A stretch of DNA of 64,000 bases from an uncultured Candidatus Saccharibacteria bacterium (GCA_964621595.1 CAZUPO010000001.1:142758-206757), one strand, 5' to 3'; counted from the stretch's first letter, positions 1-12,524 are shown. Translations and numbers: made by a program. Notes: a model not told the origin generated them from the sequence alone.

Positions 1-1
1 C

Positions 2-316
2 CCTGGGGTATCTCGGTCAGGTGCCATGATCATGGGTGGACTTGTGATGAGGCTCTCGCGCACAATGGTTACACAATTCACTTTTCTTCTGGCGGTACCA
101 ACGATGATTGTCGCAACCGTTTATACTCTCATAAAAAAACACTCCCAACTCTCAATGGATGATCTCTCGCTCATTGTCATTGGCTCATCTATCGCCTTTG
201 TGGTTGCGCTCGTTGTCATACGAGTATTCTTAGAATATATTCGTCGACACTCATTTCAAGTATTTGGTTGGTATCGAATTATCGTCGGAATAATTCTACT
301 TTTTGTATTAGTATAA
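2..316 (+). CDS. uppP: Undecaprenyl-diphosphate phosphatase (5' truncated by window edge)
   Basis: Frame from base 2 reads PGVSRSG (BacA/UppP motif); hydrophobic; C-terminal FGWYRI motif. Confidence 0.9.
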   Translation, partial: PGVSRSGAMIMGGLVMRLSRTMVTQFTFLLAVPTMIVATVYTLIKKHSQLSMDDLSLIVIGSSIAFVVALVVIRVFLEYIRRHSFQVFGWYRIIVGIILLFVLV

Positions 317-319
317 AAA

Positions 320-742
320 CTAATGATGCCTGCGATATTTCTGTGCGATTTTTACGCGATTTAATTCTTTTTCGATCAATCCTTCAAAGAGGGCAAAGTC
401 TTCGTCATTTTCTTTTTCTTCTACGAGCGCTTGTGCACGAGCAAGAGCCTCTTGTGCACGGTCATGATCAAGTTCTTCAATAGACTCACCTCGTTCGAGT
501 AATATAACTACCTCAGTGAGACCCTTCACATGCGGACGAACATTTACAACACCTTTATAGACAGCATATCCTACACCAGTCTCCCCTTTTCGAACAATCA
601 ACTCTCCAGAACGAATAGCCGACACGAGTGGTACGTGTTTATTAAGCACAGTAATTACACCTGTTGTTGTCGGAACACTTACGTTGTCGACAACTTCATC
701 GACAATTACTTTATCTGGTGTAACTACTTTTAGTTTTAACAT
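320..742 (-). CDS. atpC: ATP synthase F1 epsilon subunit
   Basis: LKVVTPD...G.I.VL..H.PL pattern; last gene of atp operon; start placed at MLKLK. Confidence 0.9.
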   Translation of the reverse strand: MLKLKVVTPDKVIVDEVVDNVSVPTTTGVITVLNKHVPLVSAIRSGELIVRKGETGVGYAVYKGVVNVRPHVKGLTEVVILLERGESIEELDHDRAQEALARAQALVEEKENDEDFALFEGLIEKELNRVKIAQKYRRHH

Positions 743-769
743 GTGTTGATTATTACTGGCATCTACCAA

Positions 770-3054
<2,285 letters not shown>

Positions 3055-3093
3055 ACTGCTAAAATCTCACAAAGACCCGCAACACTGTACCAT

Positions 3094-4587
3094 TTACGCG
3101 TGATGTTCCTTGAACGTGGTAAGCGCGTGCTTAAGACGAGACTCTATCTCATCATTCCAGTCTTTATTTATTTCATCAAGAAGTGCTTCTTCTTCCGAGC
3201 GAAGGAAATCTTGCATCTTCTTCTCCCATGTAACAACATCTGCAACAGCAACTCCATCAAGGAATCCGTTGTTCACCGCATACACACTCGCCACCTGAAG
3301 CGCCACAGAGAGAGGTTGTCCGTTTCCTTGCTTTAGAATTTCTGCAGTACGCTTACCTCGTTCGATTGTCTTTTTTGTTTCGACATCAAGGTCAGAGTCA
3401 AACTGTGCAAAAGATTCGAGTTCACGATATTGGGCCATGGCAAGTTTAAGTTTTCCGGCATTCTTCTTCATTGCCTTTGTCTGCGCAGAAGACCCCACGC
3501 GTGATACTGATAGTCCTACGTCGATTGCTGGGCGCATGCCTTTATAAAACAAGTTTGCATCAAGAAATATCTGTCCGTCAGTAATAGAAATCACATTTGT
3601 TGGAATATATGCCGATACGTCCCCTGCTTGGGTTTCGATAATTGGGAGCGCGGTGATTGACCCACCTCCCGCTTTTTCATTACGGCGGCACGCACGCTCA
3701 AGAAGACGTGAGTGAAGATAAAACACATCCCCAGGATATGCCTCACGTCCTGGTGGACGCTTGAGGAGTAGTGACATCTCACGATACGCAACAGCATGCT
3801 TAGAAAGATCGTCGTAGATAATGAGCACATCTTTTTTCTTGTTCATGAAATACTCTGCAACAGCAACACCTGAGTACGGAGCAAGGTATGAAAGTGCGGC
3901 AGGATGTGAAGCCCCGGCAAGTACAACCACTGTGTAATCCATAGCACCCTGTGCGCGAAGTTTCTCAACAATCTGCGCAATCTTTGATTCCTTCTGACCT
4001 ATGGCAACATACACACAAATAACATCTTTACCTTTTTGGTTGATGATAGTATCGATGGCGATTGTCGTCTTACCGGTCTGACGATCACCGATGATGAGTT
4101 CTCGTTGACCGCGTCCAATTGGGATCATGGCGTCCACTGCCTTAAGACCAGTCTGCATAGGAACAGTAACACTTTGTCTGTCCATAACGCCTGGGGCAAT
4201 TTTTTCTACAAGTTCTTTTGCTTCCAACTTAAGTTGAGCACCTCCGTCGACTGGATTCATGAGCGGGTCAACGACACGAGAAAGCAGTGCATCTCCTACT
4301 GGAATAGAAAGAACTTGATTCGTACGTGTTACCTCGTCACCTTCTTGTACAGAGTCAGCACCCTTTACAATCACAATACCAACCATATCACTCTCGAGGT
4401 TAAGAGCAAGACCACGCGCACCGGAAGAAAAGACTACTTCTTCCATGGACGCAACAGAAGAAAGACCTGATACGCGCGCAATACCATCACTCACAGAAAC
4501 AACTCTTCCCACCTCTTCGATAGCAACATCTGCGGAGAGAGAGTCTATTTTCTTTTCAAGTTCTTTGATGATTTTTTCTACTGACAT
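3094..4587 (-). CDS. atpA: ATP synthase F1 alpha subunit
   Basis: GDRQTGKT, PPGREAYPGDVFYLHSRLLER. Confidence 0.99.
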   Translation of the reverse strand: MSVEKIIKELEKKIDSLSADVAIEEVGRVVSVSDGIARVSGLSSVASMEEVVFSSGARGLALNLESDMVGIVIVKGADSVQEGDEVTRTNQVLSIPVGDALLSRVVDPLMNPVDGGAQLKLEAKELVEKIAPGVMDRQSVTVPMQTGLKAVDAMIPIGRGQRELIIGDRQTGKTTIAIDTIINQKGKDVICVYVAIGQKESKIAQIVEKLRAQGAMDYTVVVLAGASHPAALSYLAPYSGVAVAEYFMNKKKDVLIIYDDLSKHAVAYREMSLLLKRPPGREAYPGDVFYLHSRLLERACRRNEKAGGGSITALPIIETQAGDVSAYIPTNVISITDGQIFLDANLFYKGMRPAIDVGLSVSRVGSSAQTKAMKKNAGKLKLAMAQYRELESFAQFDSDLDVETKKTIERGKRTAEILKQGNGQPLSVALQVASVYAVNNGFLDGVAVADVVTWEKKMQDFLRSEEEALLDEINKDWNDEIESRLKHALTTFKEHHA

Positions 4588-4602
4588 GGTTGTTGGATAT
4601 GG

Positions 4603-4950
4603 TTAGTTGCTAAATTCTTTAATAATTCTTTTTGCGCTTGCGTCGTAGAGTTTCCCTTTATACCGTGCTTTGAATCCTGCAAGGAGGTCTTCTACGATTG
4701 TAATTGTTGCTGTGTCGCTCTTTGCTCCTATAATTTCATGAATAGAATCGAGGGACTTTTGACTTAACAGAAACGGCGTCTCAATAACAAGTGCGTTTTC
4801 ATCGCGCAGATGTGCTTCATAATGAAGCAACTCTTTTTTAATACTTGGGAGAAGTTGAAGTAAATTGTATGACTCTAGCACTTCGACAAGCGTATCGATG
4901 TGCATATTTTTCTTGACTATGGTTTGTGCGATTGTTCTTGAGAGAGTCAT
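4603..4950 (-). CDS. atpH: ATP synthase delta subunit (short, 115 aa)
   Basis: Operon position between atpF and atpA; C-terminal LLAGF...YDAS resembles the OSCP/delta C-terminus. Confidence 0.75.
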   Translation of the reverse strand: MTLSRTIAQTIVKKNMHIDTLVEVLESYNLLQLLPSIKKELLHYEAHLRDENALVIETPFLLSQKSLDSIHEIIGAKSDTATITIVEDLLAGFKARYKGKLYDASAKRIIKEFSN

Positions 4951-4963
4951 AGTACGTACCTAC

Positions 4964-5464
4964 CTATCCTTTAGCAATCCGAGCAATGAGTTCGTCGTTA
5001 GACTTTGCATCCATAGTTGTACGAAGTGCTTTTGCGTAGAGGGAGGCAACGAGTTCTGGCGCATGCACAAGAAAATCTTGCTCTACATTTGCTGCTAATT
5101 CTTTTTCCTTTGTTGCAAGAAGTTTCTTTTGTTGCGCTATAGATTCCTCACCTTCTTGCACAATACGCTTGGCTATCGCCTCACCTTTTTGTGCAGATGA
5201 TGAAATAATATCTTGCCCTTCTTTATGTGCGTCGGTCAAAATAGAATGTTTTTCTTTGTGTGCATTGCTGAGAATTTCCTGCGCTTCTTTTGCTTCACGC
5301 ACACCTCGTTCGATTGTTTCGCGACGTGTAGCAAGCACACTCCCAATTTTCTTGAAAAAGAATTTATTGAGAATAAAAAGAATGATGAGGAAGTTAACAA
5401 AGTTGGCAAGTGCTACATGCCAATTAAAACCTATTGATCCTAAAATGTTGAGAATTTCAGACAT
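4964..5464 (-). CDS. atpF: ATP synthase Fo subunit b
   Basis: N-terminal TM (NFLIILFIL.KFFFK), RRETI, long helical region. Confidence 0.93.
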   Translation of the reverse strand: MSEILNILGSIGFNWHVALANFVNFLIILFILNKFFFKKIGSVLATRRETIERGVREAKEAQEILSNAHKEKHSILTDAHKEGQDIISSSAQKGEAIAKRIVQEGEESIAQQKKLLATKEKELAANVEQDFLVHAPELVASLYAKALRTTMDAKSNDELIARIAKG

Positions 5465-5545
5465 ACACGTACGTAGGTGCTAGTTGCTAGGTAGTAGGTG
5501 GTAGAAAATGTAGATTCAACATACTACACACCATCTATTCTTGCT

Positions 5546-5764
5546 TTACTTCAAGAGGAAGAAAGCAACAAGCGCAAAGATCGCTGTTGTTTCTGTCATA
5601 GCTACACCGATGATCATCTTAGAAAAGAGTGATCCTTCTACGTCTGGATTGCGACCAATCGCTTCCATGGTCTTACCTACGAGGTACCCTTGTCCAATGG
5701 CGGTTCCCACCATGGCAAGAATACACATTCCCTTTGCTATATAAATTGCTGCTTCTGGAGTCAT
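5546..5764 (-). CDS. atpE: ATP synthase Fo subunit c
   Basis: Two TM helices, GRNP loop, conserved Glu in AMTETTAIF. Confidence 0.97.
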   Translation of the reverse strand: MTPEAAIYIAKGMCILAMVGTAIGQGYLVGKTMEAIGRNPDVEGSLFSKMIIGVAMTETTAIFALVAFFLLK

Positions 5765-5884
5765 AATTTAGTTAGTACTATAATAACAATTCAATAAAAA
5801 TGCGCCCGAGTTGGGCTATGGGTCTTAGTATACCAGAATTTTTAGGCTTTTGCATCCCCAAACTAGTAACTACAACAGGATGAC

Positions 5885-6730
5885 CTAGTGATCTCCGTCT
5901 TTTTTAAGAACAAGAGAATAATACACGGTGACAAGTGCCACAAATACAACAGACTGCACAAGACCAACCAAGAGCCCCATCCCCATCCACACCGCAGGTA
6001 GCGCAATAGAAAATGCTCCAAGAAGTATCACGGTGAGTGTTTCGTGAGCAAACATGTTACCGAAAAGACGAAGGGAGAGCGAGAGTGTCTTAGCAAGTTC
6101 GCTAATGATTTCAATCAAGCCAACAAAAAACGAGATGATGCCCGTGAATCCATCCCCAATACTTTTCTTAAAACCACGCACGACACCTTTGACTTGAATA
6201 AAGTGGCCGAGATATCCAAATAGCCCTTGCTCGCGGATACCAACGACTTGCATGGTTACTATAACAGCCAAAGCAAGTCCAAATGTAGTATTGAAATCTG
6301 TCGTAGCTCCACGGAATAGTGACACATGCTCACCGCCAATTGTTACATAAAAACTAGAAATACCTGGAATAATGAACATTAGGTTGGCGATAAGAAGATA
6401 GAGCGCGAGCGATCCAACATAGGGCAAAATCCTTTTAGCACGCTTCTCATCACCAACAATGGAGGTAACGAATAACAAAAGTTGTTCGTATATAATTTCA
6501 AGAATATTTTGAAATGCTGTTGGAATCACCTTTGCTTTCGCAACATATTTCACAAGCATTACAACAAAGACCATTATTAAGACAATCGTTACAGTGGATG
6601 TCGCAATTGAAAACATGCCGACATTACCTAGCACCGGGGTGGTAATGGTTGGAATTTCTTCCTGAATATGAAAAAACGAAGTCGATTTATGACTTACTTC
6701 TTCGTGTGCTTGTAATCCTTCAGTATGCAT
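5885..6730 (-). CDS. atpB: ATP synthase Fo subunit a
   Basis: SLSLRLFGN, LVQSVVF; start placed at MHTEG. Confidence 0.96.
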   Translation of the reverse strand: MHTEGLQAHEEVSHKSTSFFHIQEEIPTITTPVLGNVGMFSIATSTVTIVLIMVFVVMLVKYVAKAKVIPTAFQNILEIIYEQLLLFVTSIVGDEKRAKRILPYVGSLALYLLIANLMFIIPGISSFYVTIGGEHVSLFRGATTDFNTTFGLALAVIVTMQVVGIREQGLFGYLGHFIQVKGVVRGFKKSIGDGFTGIISFFVGLIEIISELAKTLSLSLRLFGNMFAHETLTVILLGAFSIALPAVWMGMGLLVGLVQSVVFVALVTVYYSLVLKKDGDH

Positions 6731-6804
6731 AGTGAATAAAAAATTTACTGGTGTTTGTGTATGCAGCCAGTTTGTAAAATGACGCACTCAAGTATACCAC
6801 AATC

Positions 6805-7401
6805 TTAGATTTTCTGCTTCTCTGACTCCTCAGACTTGTAAAAATAGAACAAGACAACAAACGCGAAAATAACCGTAACAAAAAGTGCTGCGATCTTAAA
6901 GTAAATCCACCCCCCTTCATCCAAATACCTTCTGGCGATTTCGTTTGCAACACCTCCTATAATAAAATAAACAATCCAACTCTTCGTGATACTACGCCAG
7001 GAAGAATCTATCATAATGATAGTGTGTTGAAACGCTGTCCGTAAAAACAATTTACCTCGTAGCAGCCCAAAATACAGTGTGAGTGCGAGCACCCCATCAT
7101 AAAATGTATCCCGCATTTGAATAAAATCTGGATCATGTAACACGATTGTCCACGAACCAAAAATAAAAGTAACAAGAGAAATATATAGTGAGAAATATGG
7201 TATCCGCCTTTGGACCAGTAAAGCAATGAGTGACATAAGCGCCGTTGTTACCACGAACCAACCAGTCGCAACATAAAAATTTGCCAACTCAAAAACAATA
7301 ACAAATACAAACGGCGGACTAAAATCAAGCACAAGTCCAAAAAGAAATTTTTTTAGATTATAACCTTTGAAGAGTGGGTGATTTTTTATCTTGTCGACCA
7401 T
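6805..7401 (-). CDS. YciB/IspZ-like inner membrane protein
   Basis: LDFSP, FYVAT, HDPDFIQMRDT, ANEI..R, WIYFK patterns of the YciB family. Confidence 0.75.
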   Translation of the reverse strand: MVDKIKNHPLFKGYNLKKFLFGLVLDFSPPFVFVIVFELANFYVATGWFVVTTALMSLIALLVQRRIPYFSLYISLVTFIFGSWTIVLHDPDFIQMRDTFYDGVLALTLYFGLLRGKLFLRTAFQHTIIMIDSSWRSITKSWIVYFIIGGVANEIARRYLDEGGWIYFKIAALFVTVIFAFVVLFYFYKSEESEKQKI

Positions 7402-7434
7402 GGTATACTCAAGCGTATACTATTATTTTCTTAT

Positions 7435-8187
7435 ATGCAAAAAATAATTAACACAATTAAGCATTTCGCTGTTACTACTCGATCAAAAATAGCACACATT
7501 CATCTAACAACACCTTTGGCAATCATCATCGGTTCTGCCATCATTGCATGTGGACTCATGGGATATGGATATATTACGACAACTAATATAGCAAACTCTG
7601 GAGGTACAAACTATTTCACTGGTAGAACAATCGACGACGCTGATTTCGTAGAAGGTAACAGCGAGGCAGATGTCTTTGTGGTTGAGTATTCGGATCCAGA
7701 ATGCCCCTTCTGTGTTCAGGTATCTCCAACAATCAAAGAGTTGCGACAGAAGTACGCTAGTACTGTTGGTTTTGTATATCGTCACTTCCCTCTTACACAA
7801 ATCCACTCCCATGCTTTTGATGAGTCAAAAGCGATCGTATGCGCCGGAACCCTTGGAGGAAGCAAGAAATTCTATGAATACATTGACGCTTTGTATGGTT
7901 ACAAAATAAGCAACAGAACTACCCAACTACCAACAAAAGGAAAAGAGGATATCGCTCGAGGGATCGGGCTTTCTCTGCCAGAATTTACCGCGTGCCTATC
8001 TGCACAAGCAACAACTCAAATAGTAGACCAGTCGATTAACGATGGTGTTGGTGCTGGAGTACAGGGAACACCTTCAACATTTATCTTGAAGAAGACACGA
8101 AAAGGACTAGAGGTGGTTGCAATGATCGATGGCGCTAGAGGAAAAGAGTTTTTTGAAGCGGCTATACAACAAGCACTTAACGATTAG
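7435..8187 (+). CDS. DsbA-family thiol-disulfide oxidoreductase
   Basis: EYSDPECPFC, YRHFPL, GVQGTP; N-terminal TM anchor. Confidence 0.9.
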   Translation: MQKIINTIKHFAVTTRSKIAHIHLTTPLAIIIGSAIIACGLMGYGYITTTNIANSGGTNYFTGRTIDDADFVEGNSEADVFVVEYSDPECPFCVQVSPTIKELRQKYASTVGFVYRHFPLTQIHSHAFDESKAIVCAGTLGGSKKFYEYIDALYGYKISNRTTQLPTKGKEDIARGIGLSLPEFTACLSAQATTQIVDQSINDGVGAGVQGTPSTFILKKTRKGLEVVAMIDGARGKEFFEAAIQQALND

Positions 8188-8211
8188 TATCGCTCTCTAC
8201 AATCTAGAATC

Positions 8212-8985
8212 TTACCTAACCTCAAAACTTGCACGAACAAGTGCTGTGACTTTCTTTTCTATAGCACTTGTATCGTAACTTCCATAATCACTCACTTCAA
8301 TACTATTCTTTCCAGTTACTTGAAATACTCCCTGGGAAGCATCCCGTACACGGCCAATAATACTACCAGTACTTTCTGCAATGGCAGATGCTCGTTCCTT
8401 TGCGTTCTTTGTCGCCTCTTTCAACAATTCCACGCGAAGGTCAGATAGTTTTGTGTAAAAATACTCAACCGTGTTTATTTGTGCAAAAACTTTACGATTT
8501 GCCAACTCATTCGCAAGTAAAAGGGAAAGACTTTGGATCAAGTCTACGTTGGTCGAATCTACGATAATCTGCTCAGACAGTGAATATGTAAAATCTCCCG
8601 CGCATCGCTGATTTCCCTTTCCATCATAAAGCACTTGATTCTGTGATTGGCAAATTGCACTCGATGTAAGAGGTAAAATAGTAACATCTTTCTCATCAAT
8701 CCCCTCTTCTTTCAAATACACTACCGTGGTCTTTGCATCTTCTGCAATTTTCTTTGATACTGAAACATAATTCTGTGGATCTGCTTCTCTCACAATAGAA
8801 AATGTTAACTTACCACTATCACTCTTGACTATCTTTTCTGCTGTTCCTGTAACTGATATAGCATCTTTCTTGTTGACCTGTGTAATGCCGCCTGCTAACA
8901 CAAACGCACTCGCTACCCACGCAACACCAACAACTATTCCAAATACTACGACGTTATTTTTAAATAGTTCTTTTGCTGATTCCAT
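8212..8985 (-). CDS. SIMPL (DUF541) domain protein
   Basis: ISVTGTAEK.V.SD, ATKNAKERASAIA, ASQGVFQVT. Confidence 0.85.
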   Translation of the reverse strand: MESAKELFKNNVVVFGIVVGVAWVASAFVLAGGITQVNKKDAISVTGTAEKIVKSDSGKLTFSIVREADPQNYVSVSKKIAEDAKTTVVYLKEEGIDEKDVTILPLTSSAICQSQNQVLYDGKGNQRCAGDFTYSLSEQIIVDSTNVDLIQSLSLLLANELANRKVFAQINTVEYFYTKLSDLRVELLKEATKNAKERASAIAESTGSIIGRVRDASQGVFQVTGKNSIEVSDYGSYDTSAIEKKVTALVRASFEVR

Positions 8986-9002
8986 AGATGTAGTGTGATT
9001 AA

Positions 9003-9461
9003 TTACTTAGTAATATCGCCCGTAACCTCATCTTTGTGCACCTTTACATTAACCGTAGTATACACCTTTTCAATGACGCCTTTTTCATCAATGAGAAAAC
9101 TTGATCGTGATATGCCCATATACTCACGACCCATGAATTTCTTCTTTCCCCATACACCGTAGGCTTGGGAAACTACTTTTTCTTCATCGGCAAGAAGCGT
9201 AAACGGGAGATTATATTTTTCTGCAAACTTTTTATGACTCTTTATCGAGTCTGCACTGATCCCAATGACGACAAGACCAAGTTTCGTAAGTTCTTTGTAC
9301 CCATCACGGAAACTACAAGCCTCAACTGTACACCCTGGAGTATCATCTTTTGGATAAAAATAAAGTAATACTTTCTTACCACGATACTCTTGGAGTCGAT
9401 GTTCCTTGCCATGCTGATCAAGAAGAGAAAATGCTGGTGCCTTTGTTCCTTTTTCTAACAT
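9003..9461 (-). CDS. bcp: Peroxiredoxin BCP/PrxQ
   Basis: YFYPKDDTPGCTVEACSFRD. Confidence 0.95.
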   Translation of the reverse strand: MLEKGTKAPAFSLLDQHGKEHRLQEYRGKKVLLYFYPKDDTPGCTVEACSFRDGYKELTKLGLVVIGISADSIKSHKKFAEKYNLPFTLLADEEKVVSQAYGVWGKKKFMGREYMGISRSSFLIDEKGVIEKVYTTVNVKVHKDEVTGDITK

Positions 9462-9536
9462 ACTATAGTAGTATACTATACATCACGTGCACCTCCCTTT
9501 GTACTCTAATAACAAGGCTGGTGCTTTATACAATCT

Positions 9537-10199
9537 ATGAATCTTCAATTCTTTATTATGATGCTAAGCGCCGGAACATTGCCCCTCTTAGCATTTCTGG
9601 CACTTTTGCTACGAAGAAATCTCTTCAAAGGACCCTGGAGGTTATTCTTCCTCTCTGTGGGCATGATTCTTCTCGTTATTGTTATTATTGATACTTTTCA
9701 AGAACATGCGGAAACTATTTCCATAGCAGATGGAGTACTTGGTATTATCGCCGCCATCATCACTGTGTTTATTCTTGCAAAGTTCAATCACGGCCATCAC
9801 CATGCACAAGAACTAGAAGGCGCTAAAGGAATCGTTATAAGTGAAGCATTTCACTCGCTCATCGATGGAGCCGTGATTGGAGCGACGTATCTAGTAAATC
9901 CACTCCTTGGATATGCTGCAACCCTTGGAATACTCACACATGAACTACCGAAAGTTCTCGGGACTCTCACAGTGTTTCGAGGACTTGGTCTTTCGGTCAC
10001 ACGAACACTAGCATACGGTGTATGTGCACAGATTGGTTCCCCTGTTGCAGCTCTTTTCGTGTACATGCTTGGCAAACAATTTGATCATACACAATTACAC
10101 GGACTAGAAATTGCGAGTGTTTCTTCTCTGGGAGTTATTATACTTTGGATCATCTACCTAGAGATACAGTTTCATCGTGACCACGACCATAACCACTGA
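9537..10199 (+). CDS. ZIP-family metal transporter
   Basis: HGHHH loop, HSLIDG, HELP motifs. Confidence 0.85.
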   Translation: MNLQFFIMMLSAGTLPLLAFLALLLRRNLFKGPWRLFFLSVGMILLVIVIIDTFQEHAETISIADGVLGIIAAIITVFILAKFNHGHHHAQELEGAKGIVISEAFHSLIDGAVIGATYLVNPLLGYAATLGILTHELPKVLGTLTVFRGLGLSVTRTLAYGVCAQIGSPVAALFVYMLGKQFDHTQLHGLEIASVSSLGVIILWIIYLEIQFHRDHDHNH

Positions 10200-10231
10200 T
10201 GTTTAGCCACGACGCGCCGCCACACATTTAC

Positions 10232-11260
10232 TTATTCAATAATTCCTCCTCCAAGACAAGACTCGCCGTCATAGAGAACAAGCGATTGTCCAGATACTTT
10301 TGTAATATCACCTGCAACAACGACAAATGCTGCTTTCTCTCTTTTCACGCGTGCAAGCGGTGCTCGATAACGACCGCGCGCTTCATATGTCTTCCCTTCG
10401 TCTAATGTTCTTGTGAAATTTTCATGGTAGAGGGAAATGTGCGAGCCTGAATCCTCTTTTGGTGGAATGTGTGATACAACGAGTAGATTTTTTTCTAGGT
10501 TCTTATCGATAACAAAATATGGTGCATCATCTGTCCCTTTTGAAGTGATGGTAAACCCGTGCCGCTCACCGAGGGTATGGAATACTGCACCATTATGCTG
10601 ACCAATAATTTTTCCATCCTCTGTAATCACATCCCCTTTTTTCTCTGTAATATATTCTTTGAGTAAAGTCTTTAAGTCTATCGTTCCTACAAAACAAAGT
10701 CCCTGGCTATCTTTTTTCTTCGCTGTGGGAAGGTTAGCCCCCTCAGCAAGAGCACGGACTTCTTCTTTTGTATAACCGCCAACCGGAAATAGAACTTTTT
10801 CTAACTGCTCTTTAGTGAGAGTCCATAGGAAATATGTTTGGTCTTTATTAGTGTCTTTGCTTTTCTTTAATGTACCACCCTCGATCTGCGCATAGTGCCC
10901 AGTTGCCACAAAGTCTGCCCCCTCTTTCATTGCAAAACGCAAAAACGCTCCGAACTTCACTTCTTTGTTACACATTACATCTGGATTAGGGGTTTTCCCT
11001 CGTTTGTATTCTCTAATCATGTAATCGATCACCCCTTCTTTGTATTCTTTTTCTAGATCAAGAGTAATAAATGGAATATCCAGAAGCGATGCCACTCTCA
11101 TCGCATCAAGTCTATCCTCTTTCCATGTACACTCAATAAAATCCGGTTGCCATACCTTTATAAATACGCCAGTAACATCATAGCCGGCACGTTTAAGAAG
11201 AAGAGCGGACACCGATGAATCAACGCCACCAGAGAGTCCGACAAAAACTTTCTTTTTCAT
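10232..11260 (-). CDS. mnmA: tRNA 2-thiouridylase
   Basis: SGGVDSS, TPNPDVMCN, ATGHYA, KDQTYFL, DSQGLCF. Confidence 0.97.
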   Translation of the reverse strand: MKKKVFVGLSGGVDSSVSALLLKRAGYDVTGVFIKVWQPDFIECTWKEDRLDAMRVASLLDIPFITLDLEKEYKEGVIDYMIREYKRGKTPNPDVMCNKEVKFGAFLRFAMKEGADFVATGHYAQIEGGTLKKSKDTNKDQTYFLWTLTKEQLEKVLFPVGGYTKEEVRALAEGANLPTAKKKDSQGLCFVGTIDLKTLLKEYITEKKGDVITEDGKIIGQHNGAVFHTLGERHGFTITSKGTDDAPYFVIDKNLEKNLLVVSHIPPKEDSGSHISLYHENFTRTLDEGKTYEARGRYRAPLARVKREKAAFVVVAGDITKVSGQSLVLYDGESCLGGGIIE

Positions 11261-11343
11261 GCTATCCACTCTAGCACACTTGAAAGAAGAAGAAAAAACG
11301 ACTAGGATATATCCACGAATCATACAATGTCTGGAAGGGAACG

Positions 11344-11511
11344 ATGGCCAAGAAACACGTTCGTGTATACGTACACAAAGACGGTACACGGGAACTCTAC
11401 GTATTCAAACCCCCACGACCAAGGAACAAAATAAACCCACACAACCCGGGGGCATTTAAGTCCAGAAGTACTGGGTATATACCACCAAAGATTCCAGGGA
11501 GGAAAACATGA
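11344..11511 (+). CDS. Small basic orphan protein, 55 aa (MAKKHVRVYVHKDGTRELYVFKPPRPRNKINPHNPGAFKSRSTGYIPPKIPGRKT)
   Basis: Hand-translated, below ORF-track cutoff; TTGAAA-17-TAGGAT promoter at 11280-11308, GAAGGGA SD, GC hairpin plus T tract after stop. Confidence 0.65.
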   Translation: MAKKHVRVYVHKDGTRELYVFKPPRPRNKINPHNPGAFKSRSTGYIPPKIPGRKT

Positions 11512-11519
11512 TCTCGTGC

Positions 11520-11548
11520 GGCCGCCAGAGTGGCGGCCTTGCTTTTTT
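11520..11548 (+). terminator. Intrinsic terminator
   Basis: GGCCGCCA-gag-TGGCGGCC followed by T-rich tract. Confidence 0.75.
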
Positions 11549-11671
11549 CTACTCACAAGAGAAAAGGATAAGACACCTTAACTGACGAACGTCAATATTT
11601 ACAAGAACTATAGTCTCTGTACACTCAAGTACAGAGCCCCGCTCCGGGGTACAACCATCAAAAAGGACATC

Positions 11672-11845
11672 ATGCGAATCCTACGAATCGCACTCGTCCT
11701 CCTGCTTGCTCTCTCTAACGGTGGATGTGTATTCTTTGCCACCGTTGGTCAACCGGTTTTTGTTCGACCCGGTTGCCAGGCATACCGTGTGATCGTGGTC
11801 CACACCCCGTATGGACCACAGCAAGCCATACAGTGCCTGTGGTGA
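11672..11845 (+). CDS. Small putative lipoprotein, 57 aa (MRILRIALVLLLALSNGGCVFFATVGQPVFVRPGCQAYRVIVVHTPYGPQQAIQCLW)
   Basis: Hand-translated; AAAGGA SD; basic N-terminus, hydrophobic stretch, GG-C lipobox-like site, two more Cys. Confidence 0.7.
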   Translation: MRILRIALVLLLALSNGGCVFFATVGQPVFVRPGCQAYRVIVVHTPYGPQQAIQCLW

Positions 11846-11862
11846 GAGCCGAAAGGAGACGA

Positions 11863-11892
11863 GAAAGCCCCGCTGTGTATAGCGGGGCTTTC
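11863..11892. terminator. Hairpin terminator between convergent genes
   Basis: GAAAGCCCCGCT-6nt-AGCGGGGCTTTC. Confidence 0.8.
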
Positions 11893-11917
11893 ACATTTTA
11901 CTAACTTGATAATTGAA

Positions 11918-12448
11918 TTAATTGACTTTAAGTGATGCGAGAAGTTTCTGTGCAAGGTCGTGATTTGTCTTGCGGTTTTCTACTACCACCAACCATTCTC
12001 CGTCACGTACAGCGGCAACACTCCATTCACTTCCTTCTGATGAAGCAGTTTCCCAGTCAGTACTTCCAACTGTAGAGGTTCCATTTGGATTGATAACTGC
12101 AACATTAGGAGCAATTATGTTATTAATATAATCTGTGGAAGAGTATCCTCGTCCACCTTCGTAACTAAAATATACTGTTGCAACAGGCGCACCATCATTG
12201 GTTACCTTTACAAGAGCCCCCTCCATCCCAAGAGTGGTTGTGGCACTCTCTGGAACCGAGAAAGAATATTCTATCTTGTTCTCTCCTTCAAATACTCGCA
12301 CAACTTCTCCCATAACTTGCTTCATACCAACCTCCTGGACAGTAAGATCTGCATCATGCTGCCCGTTTCTATCTGATAATTTTTGAATACCGTACAATGC
12401 GGCTATAACAACCAAGGCACCTACTACTATACTTACATTTCTTTTCAT
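11918..12448 (-). CDS. Hypothetical membrane-anchored/exported protein
   Basis: N-terminal TM; TATACT box 10 nt upstream of MKRN start. Confidence 0.7.
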   Translation of the reverse strand: MKRNVSIVVGALVVIAALYGIQKLSDRNGQHDADLTVQEVGMKQVMGEVVRVFEGENKIEYSFSVPESATTTLGMEGALVKVTNDGAPVATVYFSYEGGRGYSSTDYINNIIAPNVAVINPNGTSTVGSTDWETASSEGSEWSVAAVRDGEWLVVVENRKTNHDLAQKLLASLKVN

Positions 12449-12524
12449 AATACCCATTAGTATACGCCTCTATTTCCCTGCTTGCAAAAGTTGACTAATC
12501 CAAAACTTTTCTTCATAATATAAA

